A stretch of DNA of 64,000 bases from Chloroflexota bacterium (lineage in GTDB: Bacteria; Chloroflexota; UBA11872). The position numbers were made by a program, and so were the translations under genes. Below, piece by piece: positions 55,106 through 63,862 of this stretch. The DNA lies in assembly GCA_965220075.1 (NCBI GenBank), contig OZ244806.1:2519925-2583924 (forward strand). The letters are read 5' to 3'. The number at the start of each line of letters is the position of its first letter. The first letter of the stretch is position 1. Below the pieces are notes generated by a model, which saw only the letters and a program-made list of their open reading frames with translations, was not told where the DNA came from and did no database searches.

Positions 55106-56170
55106 CTAAGTCACATCGTCGAACGCCCAGGCGAACACCCCACGCACGTCCTCGCGGTGATCGCCGCGGCAGCCGGCCTCCGCCTGATCGCCGAAGACTG
55201 CCTGATAGATGCCGACGTTGTTGTCGTTACCGAGGTGGTTCTCCACGATGTCGTTGAGGTCGACGCAGGTCGTGGGCCAGCCCAGGACCGGCCCCGCGGC
55301 CAGCGCCTCGCGGATAATCCGTACGATTTCCGAACCTTCCCCCTCCCAGAACAAGGCATAGCCCAGAGGAAGCCGGCCGCCAGAGTTGTTGAGGGTCACA
55401 TCGACCCCGGCGTCGACGAGGATGCGCACGATTTCCGTGTGGCCTCGAAAGATGGCTTCGAACAAGAGCGGATCGCCGTTGCTTTCCTTGGCGTTCACGT
55501 CCGCCCCGGCGTCCACCAGGATCCGCACGACGTTCGTGTGGCCTCGCCAGATCGCGGAATGAATCACTGGGTCGCCATCGGCGTCCCTGGCGTCCACGTT
55601 GGCGCCGGCGTCAATCAGGATCTGCACGACATCCGCGTGGTCCCGCCAGATCGCCGAATGAATCACCGGGTCGCCGTCGGAGTCCGTGGCGTTCACATTG
55701 GCGCCGGCTCCTGCCAGGATCCGCACGATCTCGACGTGGTTGCGCCAGACCGCCTCGCGAATGAGGGGATCGTTGTCCGAGGTCCGCACATTGGCGTTCA
55801 GACCGCCGGCCACAAGGGTGCGCACCTGCTCGGTCTGGCCCCGCCAGACGGCTGAGTAAAGGGCGTCATCCACCAGCGGCAGGGACGGCGCTGCGACAGC
55901 GGGTGGGGGAGCGGGTGGCGCGAGATCGAACGCCCAGGCAAACACCCCGCGCACGTCCTCGCGGTGGTCGACCTGGCAGCCGGCCTCGGCCTGGTCGCCA
56001 AAAACCCGCTGGTAGATGCCCACGTTGTTCTCCCGGCCCAGGTGCTGTTCCACGACGTCGTTTAGGTCGACACAGGTGGTGGGCCACTGGGCGAACACCG
56101 GTGTCGCGAGCGCCGCAGCAGCGGCCACCGCAACCACCACCGCAATGAGAGTCGGTCGTACCCGTGTCAT
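55106..56170 (-). CDS. Secreted ankyrin-repeat protein with duplicated Cys-containing N- and C-terminal domains
   Basis: From ATG 56170. Signal peptide MTRVRPTLIAVVVAVAAAAALATPVFA. The roughly 55-aa module WPTTCVDLNDVVEQHLGRENNVGIYQRVFGDQAEAGCQVDHREDVRGVFAWAFD is repeated almost verbatim at the C-terminus, flanking about 5 ankyrin repeats (ILAGAGANVNATDSDGDPVIHSAIWRDH...). Confidence 0.85.
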   Translation of the reverse strand: MTRVRPTLIAVVVAVAAAAALATPVFAQWPTTCVDLNDVVEQHLGRENNVGIYQRVFGDQAEAGCQVDHREDVRGVFAWAFDLAPPAPPPAVAAPSLPLVDDALYSAVWRGQTEQVRTLVAGGLNANVRTSDNDPLIREAVWRNHVEIVRILAGAGANVNATDSDGDPVIHSAIWRDHADVVQILIDAGANVDARDADGDPVIHSAIWRGHTNVVRILVDAGADVNAKESNGDPLLFEAIFRGHTEIVRILVDAGVDVTLNNSGGRLPLGYALFWEGEGSEIVRIIREALAAGPVLGWPTTCVDLNDIVENHLGNDNNVGIYQAVFGDQAEAGCRGDHREDVRGVFAWAFDDVT

Positions 56171-56525
56171 AGGCCATTTTCCCTTGTACTCGAACTGTCC
56201 GAAGTCTCTGGCTGATCGGCCTACCCTGTCAATGAGTGCATGGCAATCGCAGTCTGCCCACAGCTCGATACCCGTGTAGCCCGCCATCAGCCGGCAACGC
56301 CGCCTGCCTATTGAGCAAGTTGGTCAGCGGGAAGCGGCCGGCAGTTGCCCGGGCACGGTGCCGGCCCCGGCGTCGAGGCGATCACGACAAGGTGGGGGGC
56401 TTGGACTCCGCGGCCGGCGCCAACCACGAACCAAGGCAAAAGTATGGTGTCTTGAAGAACTGTGGCAGGGCGCGTCTGGCAACATCCAAACAACTATGGT
56501 GTCTTCCAAACCTGTAAACCCGCGT

Positions 56526-56601
56526 TGGAGCCCACACCCGGAATTGAACCGGAGACCTCGTTCTTACCAAGAACGCGCTCTACCGACTGAGCTATGTGGG
56601 C
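56526..56601 (-). tRNA. tRNA-Thr (anticodon GGT), CCA encoded
   Basis: The reverse complement folds canonically: acceptor GCCCACA/TGTGGGC, D-arm GCTC-AGTCGGTA-GAGC, anticodon stem CGTTC/GAACG with loop TTGGTAA, T-arm TCCGG-TTCAATT-CCGGG, CCA. Two CAAAnnTATGGTGTCTT motifs lie within 85 nt of its 3' end. Confidence 0.9.
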
Positions 56602-56692
56602 GCGTGCCGAGGCGCGGGGTCGCGAGCCGATACCCGCGTCATGGGCATCGTACCCGGCCGCGCGGCACGGCGACGCGCGCGAGCGCGGCCGA

Positions 56693-57157
56693 TCAGCCTG
56701 TGACGGCCGTAAGAACCTCGCTGGCGTGATCATCAGGGCGCACGTTGGGCCAGATACTCGCGATCGCGCCGTCCTCATCGATCAGGAACGTGGCCCGCTG
56801 GATGCCCATGCTGGTCTTCCCCGCAAGCTGCTTCTGCACCCACACGCCGTAGTCCCGCACCACCGACTTCTCGGTGTCGGCTAGGAGCGGGAAGTTCAGG
56901 TCGTACTTGGCAGTGAACTTCTGGTGCGAGGCTACGCTGTCGGCGCTGACGCCGTAAACGAGCGCCCCGGCGTCGGTGAGAGCCGCCAGGTTGTCGCGAA
57001 AGCTACAGGCCTCCTTGGTGCAGCCGGGGGTATCGTCGCGCGGATAGAAGTAGAGGACGACTTTCTTTCCGCGCAGGTCACGCAGCCTGACGGTCTGGCC
57101 GTCGGTGTCCTGCAGCTCGAACTCGGGCGCCGGGTCGCCGGCATTCAGGGTGTTCAC
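56693..57157 (-). CDS. bcp: Peroxiredoxin Bcp (thiol peroxidase, AhpC/TSA family)
   Basis: 154 aa from GTG 57157, with a GGAGAG RBS 6 nt upstream. PAPEFELQDTDGQTVRLRDLRGKKVVLYFYPRDDTPGCTKEACSFRD contains the peroxidatic Cys in the T-P-G-C-T context. Confidence 0.85.
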   Translation of the reverse strand: MNTLNAGDPAPEFELQDTDGQTVRLRDLRGKKVVLYFYPRDDTPGCTKEACSFRDNLAALTDAGALVYGVSADSVASHQKFTAKYDLNFPLLADTEKSVVRDYGVWVQKQLAGKTSMGIQRATFLIDEDGAIASIWPNVRPDDHASEVLTAVTG

Positions 57158-57251
57158 GGTCGGTCTCTCCAAAAAGGCGGGCGGCCCTATTGTGCCCCAT
57201 GCGACGACCCGGGTGGCCAGGCGCGAGGCCGATGGTGCGCACGCCCCGCTC

Positions 57252-57671
57252 TCAGGCGCCGCCTTGCGCCTGGTTGACTTGCGCAAGCTCCTTGTCGATG
57301 AGTGCGGCGATATCGTCGGGCGGGCTGTAGATGGCAAAGCAGACGAGGCGCTCCGTGCCCGTGTTGCGGAACTGATGGGGCAGGTTGGCCGGACCGTAGA
57401 ACATGTCGCCCGCTTTGATGGGCAGGACCTGATCGCCCACCGCGACCTCGCCCACGCCCTCCACTACGTAGGTCACTTCCTGGGATTGCGCGTGCACGTG
57501 GTGTGAGCCCGACTGACCGGGATCGAATATGCCGACGTGGGCGGTCATCTGCCCCGTCTGCAGCAGCGTCTTGATGGTGCGTTGGAAGCCGGGCGTCTCG
57601 ATCCGCTCCCCGGCTACGTCGTCAACGGCCAAGACGCGCGGCTCGGACGCATTGGAGTGCTGGACTGCCAT
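57252..57671 (-). CDS. Cupin-domain protein
   Basis: 139 aa from ATG 57671, with a GAGGAG RBS. Cupin motifs GSHHVHAQSQEVTYVVEGVG and PANLPHQFRNTG. Confidence 0.7.
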   Translation of the reverse strand: MAVQHSNASEPRVLAVDDVAGERIETPGFQRTIKTLLQTGQMTAHVGIFDPGQSGSHHVHAQSQEVTYVVEGVGEVAVGDQVLPIKAGDMFYGPANLPHQFRNTGTERLVCFAIYSPPDDIAALIDKELAQVNQAQGGA

Positions 57672-57830
57672 GGAGTCGCTCCTCTGTTGTTCATCGGTAG
57701 GCTCAGTCAGGGCGCAAACCGCCGGGACAAACACCCATCGTGATGACAAGCGGACACGGATGCAAGGCGGCCGGTGAGAGGTGCGGCGGCTGCGCCGCCG
57801 CGGCCCACTCCGCGTGTGGCCAGCCACACG

Positions 57831-57907
57831 TGGAGCCCAAGGTGGGGCTCGAACCCACAACCTGCGGTTTACAAAACCGCCGCTCTGCCGATTGAGCTAC
57901 CTGGGCC
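57831..57907 (-). tRNA. tRNA-Thr (anticodon TGT), CCA encoded
   Basis: The reverse complement gives acceptor GGCCCAG/CTGGGCT, D-arm GCTC-AATCGGCA-GAGC, anticodon stem GCGGT/ACCGC with loop TTTGTAA, T-arm GTGGG-TTCGAGC-CCCAC, CCA. Confidence 0.8.
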
Positions 57908-57979
57908 TGAATCTGTTACGCAGTCAGCATATGATCGACTTGCCCTCATCTGCGCAAGTTTTGCGCAAGTCCTTCCTGC

Positions 57980-59101
57980 TCATCGAGTCAACACCGCTTC
58001 GAGGGCGCGCGCAGCTTCGTGCTTCGCATCCATCGCTATGTGTCCGTAAGTGTCCTTCGTGACCTGGATGCTCGCGTGCCCAAGCAACTCGCTGACGATG
58101 GCCAGTGGCACGCCAGCGCTGAGCATTAGGCTGGCACAGCAGTGACGAAGGTCGTGCCAGCGCATGCGTGCCACGCCAGCTTGCTCAAGCGCCCTGTGAA
58201 AGCGTCGGAGGACGTTACGTGGATCCTGCTCGGTACCGGTGGCTGACGGAAACACTAGGTCGCGGTCGTCCCATTCGGGTCCAGCAAGAAGTCGTTGCCC
58301 AATCTGGCGGCCACGGTGTCCGCGCAGCGCACGAACGAGATCGGGTGCCAGCGGCACAACTCGATCACTCGTGCGTGTCTTGGTCGGCACCACCAGAATC
58401 CCTACATTCGGCATTCGTGTCACCGATCGCGTTATGCGAGCGGTTTGACCATCCAGATCGACATCGGACCAGCGTAAGCCCAGCAGCTCACCCTGACGAA
58501 CACCTGTGAAAGCGGCGAACCTAACCTCGTACTCAACCGGCGTCCCTTCCACCGCTCGCAGGACAGCAAGCACACGCTCAATGCTCGGTACCTCAACCAC
58601 GCGCCGTGGCACGGTTGGAGGGATAACAGCGCGTGCCACGTTGCCTGCGACCATCTTCAGACGAACCGCATCTTCGAGTGCCTTGTGCAGCACTCGATGG
58701 ACGTGAACGATCGTACGCGGATGTAGACCGCCACTCTTGCCGTCACGCCTACCCGACACCGCTGCCCGCGCGTACAAGTCTTGAATTTCCATCGGATGTA
58801 GGCGGCCCATCTTCCGGTCGCCAATGTGTGGAATTATGTGAAGTTCCGCCAGTTGTCCGTACCGCCTCACCGTTCTTGCCGACGCATGCGTTCCATGTTG
58901 CGCCAACCAGTGGTGCAGATACTCGGCAACCGTGAGGTTCTGAGCGTCGAAGAGGATTCCTCCCTCAAGTTCGCGTCGACGCTTGTCAGCGCGCGCCAGC
59001 GCCTCGCGTTTCGTCGCTGCCGATCTGGCCACTGTACGCTTCAGAACTTGACTGTAGACACGGCATTGCCAACGTCTGCCGCGCTTCTCAAAACTAGCCA
59101 T
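57980..59101 (-). CDS. Site-specific tyrosine integrase (phage-integrase family)
   Basis: About 373 aa from ATG 59101, with a GGAGG RBS. N-terminal SAM-like/core-binding domain and C-terminal catalytic domain with R...HDLRHCCASLMLSAGVPLAIVSELLGHASIQVTKDTYGH (R-H-R-Y tetrad region). Confidence 0.9.
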   Translation of the reverse strand: MASFEKRGRRWQCRVYSQVLKRTVARSAATKREALARADKRRRELEGGILFDAQNLTVAEYLHHWLAQHGTHASARTVRRYGQLAELHIIPHIGDRKMGRLHPMEIQDLYARAAVSGRRDGKSGGLHPRTIVHVHRVLHKALEDAVRLKMVAGNVARAVIPPTVPRRVVEVPSIERVLAVLRAVEGTPVEYEVRFAAFTGVRQGELLGLRWSDVDLDGQTARITRSVTRMPNVGILVVPTKTRTSDRVVPLAPDLVRALRGHRGRQIGQRLLAGPEWDDRDLVFPSATGTEQDPRNVLRRFHRALEQAGVARMRWHDLRHCCASLMLSAGVPLAIVSELLGHASIQVTKDTYGHIAMDAKHEAARALEAVLTR

Positions 59102-59111
59102 TGATTTCCTC

Positions 59112-59300
59112 CTACATACCAGCGCGCTCCCGGATAAATCGGAGCAGCGCCTCACGTGGAATGCGGTAGTCGCGCCCCCCTAACTTGAAGCTGGGGAGTT
59201 CGCCGCTGCGAATCATTTCGTAAATCGTCTTGCGCCGACACCGAAGAAGTTCGGCGCACTCGGTCGGTGTGAACACGACCTGATTGATGTCGACGGTCAC
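59112..59300 (-). CDS. Excisionase-family DNA-binding protein (HTH, MerR-like Xis)
   Basis: 62 aa. FTPTECAELLRCRRKTIYEMIRSGELPSFKLGGRDYRIPREAL matches the excisionase DNA-binding domain. Lies immediately upstream of int. Confidence 0.75.
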   Translation of the reverse strand: MTVDINQVVFTPTECAELLRCRRKTIYEMIRSGELPSFKLGGRDYRIPREALLRFIRERAGM

Positions 59301-59743
59301 GCCGCCAACCTGTCAGACTCCGACACATGGGGCCGCCCTGATCCGCCGTTTCGTGGAAGGCCGGGGTTGCTACCGTTCACCATTCGCACCCACACTATCG
59401 TTCGCCCAGTCCTGGCCGGATTTCTGCGAAGTCACAGCGCCCTGCCTACCGTTAACTCGACGGCGGCCCCCAATGACGCGCGAGCGACGCCGGCCGAGCA
59501 CAGGTGCAGAAGCAGACGCGACCGCCTGATTGGGCGTTGCGGATTTGACAGCCGGTCCATCCGCAAACGTGCCGGTAGACGCACGGGCTGATGAGATGCT
59601 GCAATCAACGCCTCGCATGGGCGAGTCTAGGCTGGCGACGACCGATCTGGGAATACAGGTTTCTGGAATCCCAATCGGATCCCTTGCACGCCGAGGGTCC
59701 CACCGGCGGGCAGCCGCAACTCACGAACGCCACACGGCCCGGA

Positions 59744-60259
59744 TCATCGCCGCCGCAGGGTGTTGAGCACGGGAGCCAGCATGGGAACCAGCGATGCCGG
59801 CGTCGGGCATTCGATGAATCGGTTGCCGAAATGGTTGCGCATGTCCGTCCGGTTCTCCCCCTCGAGCCCCAGCCCCAGCCCCAGCACTTCGGTCCGGGCC
59901 TCGGCCGCATGACGGTTCAGCCGCACGACCGTGTATGGATCCTCGTGCCGCCCATCGTGGATGACCACCAGCACCTTCACAGGCTCCGGCCGGGCCCTCA
60001 TCTGCTTCAGCATCCGCGTATAGGACGGCCCCACGCGGCTCCCGGTTTCGGCCTGCAGCCCCGCCGGTCGCTCCAAGGCCGGCTCCGACGCGTCGTCCAT
60101 GCCGAGCAGCGGGTCCGCGCCCTCGAACGCGACCACCGCGTGCCAGATACCCAGCTGCGCACAGGCCAAGTGCAGCGTGGCCGCCGCCACGCGGGCGGCC
60201 ACCATACGCACGATCTCTATCGAGCCCGAGCAGTCCAGCAGGACACCGATCGCCCCCCT
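59744..60259 (-). pseudogene. von Willebrand factor A (vWA) domain protein relic lacking a start codon
   Basis: The reading frame opens directly onto the MIDAS motif (AIGVLLDCSGSIEIV...), with a TGA two codons upstream and no ATG/GTG/TTG. The remaining about 170 aa follow the vWA pattern (VKVLVVIHDGRHED...). Confidence 0.5.
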
Positions 60260-60441
60260 TCAGCATCCGGCTCAAGCTCGTGCTGGACCACGAAGGGGGT
60301 GGCGTCCTGACTGCGGATCACGGCGCGCCTACTCAGACGGCCATGGCGGTTGCTTCACTCGAGCGTGTGCATCAACGGTGGCAGGTCGAGCGGCTCGGCG
60401 TTACGCATAAGGGGGCTAGGCGGCGCCAGGTGTCCCACGCT

Positions 60442-61632
60442 GGAGACCTTTGAATAATTGGGGATGGAGCGCGTGGGGAGGGGCATCGGCAACGCCTGGA
60501 GGCCGGCGCGGCGTCCGGTCGGGCGGGCCGGCACGAGATCCCGTGCCGCGGGACCCCGCGCGCGGCGCACTGGTCCCGCGGTCAGCCCGTGGCCCAGGCC
60601 AGGGTGTCCGCTTTGCGCAGGTTGTAGGCCATGAGCTTGAACCACAGCTCCACGGTGTTGCGCCCCAGCCCGCGGTAGCGCACCCGCTGGTAGCCATAGC
60701 TGCGCTTGAGGGTGCCGAAGACCTTCTCCACCAGCGCCCGGCGGGGCGCGATGAGGGCGTTACGCCGCTGCTGCCAGACGGGGAGCGCCCGTTGGTGTTT
60801 GTGGGAGCGGTGCATGATCCGGTCGTTGATCCCCTGGGCCTGCAGCCACCGGCGCCGGCGCGTGGACTCGTAGGCCCGATCGCCGTACACCGCCCGCTCG
60901 TCCCCGCTCACCAAGGCGTCGGCCACCTCGCTCTCGGAGACGTTGGCGGGGGTCAACGCCGCCCGCCGCACCACGCCCGTGTCCGCATCCACCCCAGATG
61001 CACCTTGTAGCCAAAGTGGGAGCGGCCGCCCCGCCCCCGTTGGGTCCACGCCGCCTCTGGATCGGTGGCACTCGGCGCCCCGCGCCCCGCCGCCAGCGGC
61101 GGGCGCCGCACCTGCGCCGCCACCAGGGTGGCGTCCAGCAGCGTGCCCTGCTTCAGCACCAGGCCCTGCGTGTCCAGTTGCGCCGCCAGCTCCGTAAACA
61201 ACGGCGCGCTGAGCCCGTCGACCTCCAACGCCTGGCGAAAGCGGCTGATGGTGGAGTGGTCCGGCGTGGCGTCCTGCAGGCCCAGCCCCACAAAGCGCCG
61301 GAAGGAGAGCCGGTCGCCCAGCGCCTCTTCCAGCTGGGGGTCCGAGAGGCTGTACCACTGCTGGAGCAGCAGCACCTTGACCATCAGCAGCGGCGGATAG
61401 CTGGGCCGCCCGCGCGGGGCGGCGTGCACGCCCGCCACGACCTGCCCGAGCCGCTCCCAGTCCACCGCGTCGTCGATCCGCTCCAGCCGCTGGTTCTGGC
61501 CCAGCGTCTCCGACACCACCGCTTCCGCCAGCGACGGCCGGCCCATGTCCCGGTGCATACGACTTCTCCCCCATCATCCGCCTGGCGACGCCCAATACTC
61601 CGCTCCGCCCCCGGATTTACGCAAAGGTCTCC
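60442..61632 (-). mobile_element. IS5-family insertion sequence (about 1.19 kb) with 16-bp TIRs GGAGACCTTTGMRTAA and a frameshifted transposase
   Basis: TIRs at 60442-60457 (GGAGACCTTTGAATAA) and 61617-61632 (TTACGCAAAGGTCTCC). The transposase N-terminal (DUF4096/DUF772) part is ORF 60953-61558, and the DDE part (GDRAYES...) is in another frame at 60582-about 61000. This is either a programmed frameshift, as in the IS427/IS1031 groups, or inactivation. Confidence 0.7.
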
Positions 61633-61784
61633 AAGAGCGGGACCTGGCAGATCGAATTGCAGACCTTGATGCTGAGCTCGAGCGTCTGAATGCTGAATGA
61701 GATCAGCATGAGACGGAACTGGCCGCAGAAGGAGAGAGAGCCGATAAGGGGATCCGACGAGCTATCTGGGCCGATGGCGATGAG

Positions 61785-62153
61785 TTGATCGCTGCGGTCG
61801 GGAAGGTGCTTGCTGACCTCGGATTCGCGGTGCGCGACATGGACGCAGAGTTAACGGAAGGCGAGCCGAAGCGTGAAGACCTGCGGCTGGCGCTTAAGGA
61901 CGAGCCTGGGTGGCAAGCGATGGTTGAAGTAAAGGGCTACAGCAGCGGCACAAAGACAAACGACAATCGCCAAATCCGTGAGCACCGCGAACGCTACATC
62001 CTAGAGGAGGGCCGACTGCCTGACCTGACGGTGTGGCTCGCCAACCCATATCGGCGGATGGACCCTTCCACAAGGCCTGCTCCCGACCAAAATGTGAAAG
62101 ACGCCGCCGTGGCTGTCGACGCTGTCCATGTGCTTGCGACAGATCTCTACTAG
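61785..62153 (+). CDS. hypothetical protein (TTG start; weak PD-(D/E)xK-like D...EVK motif)
   Basis: 122 aa. VRDMDAE...AMVEVKGY. No ATG or GTG is available in frame after the upstream stop at 61698-61700. Confidence 0.4.
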   Translation: MIAAVGKVLADLGFAVRDMDAELTEGEPKREDLRLALKDEPGWQAMVEVKGYSSGTKTNDNRQIREHRERYILEEGRLPDLTVWLANPYRRMDPSTRPAPDQNVKDAAVAVDAVHVLATDLY

Positions 62154-62584
62154 CAGTGGGCGCTGGTCGCAGCGGGAAGCCTTGACGCAGGAGCTGTTGG
62201 CCGGAGCTTGGTGAATGCCGATCCCGGCCTGTGGACTCCGCCGGTCTCAGGTTCCGGCACCTAGCTCGATTCGTTGCAACTGACTCACGGGGAATTAGTG
62301 GCCTGGAGCGCTCGGAGCTACGAGCTTCTCGCTGGGCATTCCAAATGCAGAGGGGTGGCGGCACGTAGCGAGTGCTGCTGCCTTGGACATTCGCAACTCA
62401 ACCGCGCCGAATAAGGGAGATTGGTGGCTCAGTTTCCTCGAATCGACACCGTGACCTTCTAGGAGTTATCCGATCTACGGAGGTCAACTCCGAGAGCGAG
62501 ACACATGACCTGTTTCAGCCATTGCCATCGTGGCACCGTTGATCAGAGTCCATTCCGTGATCGAAATAGACTCCTGGTGTCGAA

Positions 62585-63610
62585 TTACCGCGGAGCTCTA
62601 ACTCGGTGCGATATGGACTGACCCACGCCTCTAAGGGACAGCGCAAGACCACCGTCGAAACGCAGCCAGGCCTGGTCAGGCGAAAATACATCGTCTGGTA
62701 TATAGCAAAACACCGGAATTCCCACTTCTTCTTTTTTCTGCCAGATGGACGTGTCTTTAGTCAGTTCCCGGTATAGATGCAGAGCGGTCTGGATGACTAT
62801 TGCATGGCTGTACCGCACGCCACACATCGTTAGGTGGCTCAGAATGTGAATCTCGCGATCCTTCACGACTCTGAGTCTGGCTCTGTCCTTGTCTCCCTCC
62901 GGGAGCATCAGCCGCTGCACAGGTGGGGAGTGAGCCGCTTCGGTGTTGACCGTTACCCTTATGACATCCTTCAGAGTGACCCCCCGGTTGTCGAAAAGCA
63001 CCAGCTGCTGTCCGAGCCAGCGGTCACAGTCGAACCCCTGATCGGACTCGGACTCGAACAACCCCTCCGGCTTTAACGTCCACGGCGTTTCCGGCGTTGC
63101 TTTGTTGAGCCAATCCGTCATCCCGGATAACGGCCACTCGATGACGAAACTAAGCGGCTGTGGGCCCATGGGAAGAACATGCGTAGCCTCCGGCTCCCTG
63201 GTCTGCTCATCCAGTTTCGACAACTCCATGTAGCCGCCTCTTACGTCCACTGGAGCAAGGGTCAGGGTCCTCCGGTTGCTTGGGACCTTCCGGATCCTGC
63301 TGAAGCCCAGTTTCGCCATCTGACAAGAGTCGCCGTCCAGCAAGCGCGGGCTCCGGTCGTCGCCGAGCACCAACTTCCTCAGAAAAATGGAGCAATGCCT
63401 TGCCAGAGATGCGACTGTATCGCTGAGCTGATCGGGTGGCTGGCTTCCGCATCCGTCGATTACCAGTTGGAGGTCAACCATTGCTTCTCGAATTCTCTCT
63501 GCCTTGTCTCGGTTTCCTACGGTCACCGGGCTCCCTGTTGTTTTGACAAACTGTACTGGTTGCTGTGAATCTGCCTTTTCTCCAACGTCGGCCATGGCTA
63601 GCTCCTCCAT
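62585..63610 (-). CDS. hypothetical protein (341 aa), lower-GC cargo gene
   Basis: Long clean ORF at about 55% GC in a 67% GC background. No recognisable domain. Confidence 0.5.
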   Translation of the reverse strand: MEELAMADVGEKADSQQPVQFVKTTGSPVTVGNRDKAERIREAMVDLQLVIDGCGSQPPDQLSDTVASLARHCSIFLRKLVLGDDRSPRLLDGDSCQMAKLGFSRIRKVPSNRRTLTLAPVDVRGGYMELSKLDEQTREPEATHVLPMGPQPLSFVIEWPLSGMTDWLNKATPETPWTLKPEGLFESESDQGFDCDRWLGQQLVLFDNRGVTLKDVIRVTVNTEAAHSPPVQRLMLPEGDKDRARLRVVKDREIHILSHLTMCGVRYSHAIVIQTALHLYRELTKDTSIWQKKEEVGIPVFCYIPDDVFSPDQAWLRFDGGLALSLRGVGQSISHRVRAPR

Positions 63611-63786
63611 CCGCCAATCCGAGAGTGAACAGATATCGTTCTCATTGGTGAGGCCTCCTCCGTGTGGCCATCATTGTCGCCGCTGCGCTGCATTCTCCAT
63701 ACGGGGCTTAGGACATGGATTCGCTCAGGAGAAAAGTGAGCGCGCCGACAGGAAGTCATCAGAAAAGTAAACGCTGTCGGGACTGG

Positions 63787-63862
63787 TGGACCGAATTGGA
63801 CTCGAACCCACGACCTCCGCAATGCGAGTGCGGCGCTCTTGCGCCTGAGCGTCGGCCCGTCG
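63787..63862 (-). tRNA. tRNA-like gene, probable tRNA-Ala (anticodon CGC) with non-canonical T-stem; CCA encoded
   Basis: Reverse complement GGGCCGA-C-GCTC-AGGCGCAA-GAGC-G-CCGCA-CTCGCAT-TGCGG-AGGTC-GTGGG-TTCGAGT-CCAAT-TCGGTCC-A-CCA. The acceptor and anticodon stems pair well. The T-stem 3' strand CCAAT pairs poorly with GTGGG, and only one nucleotide separates the acceptor and D stems. Could be a degenerate or fragmentary tRNA. Confidence 0.4.
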
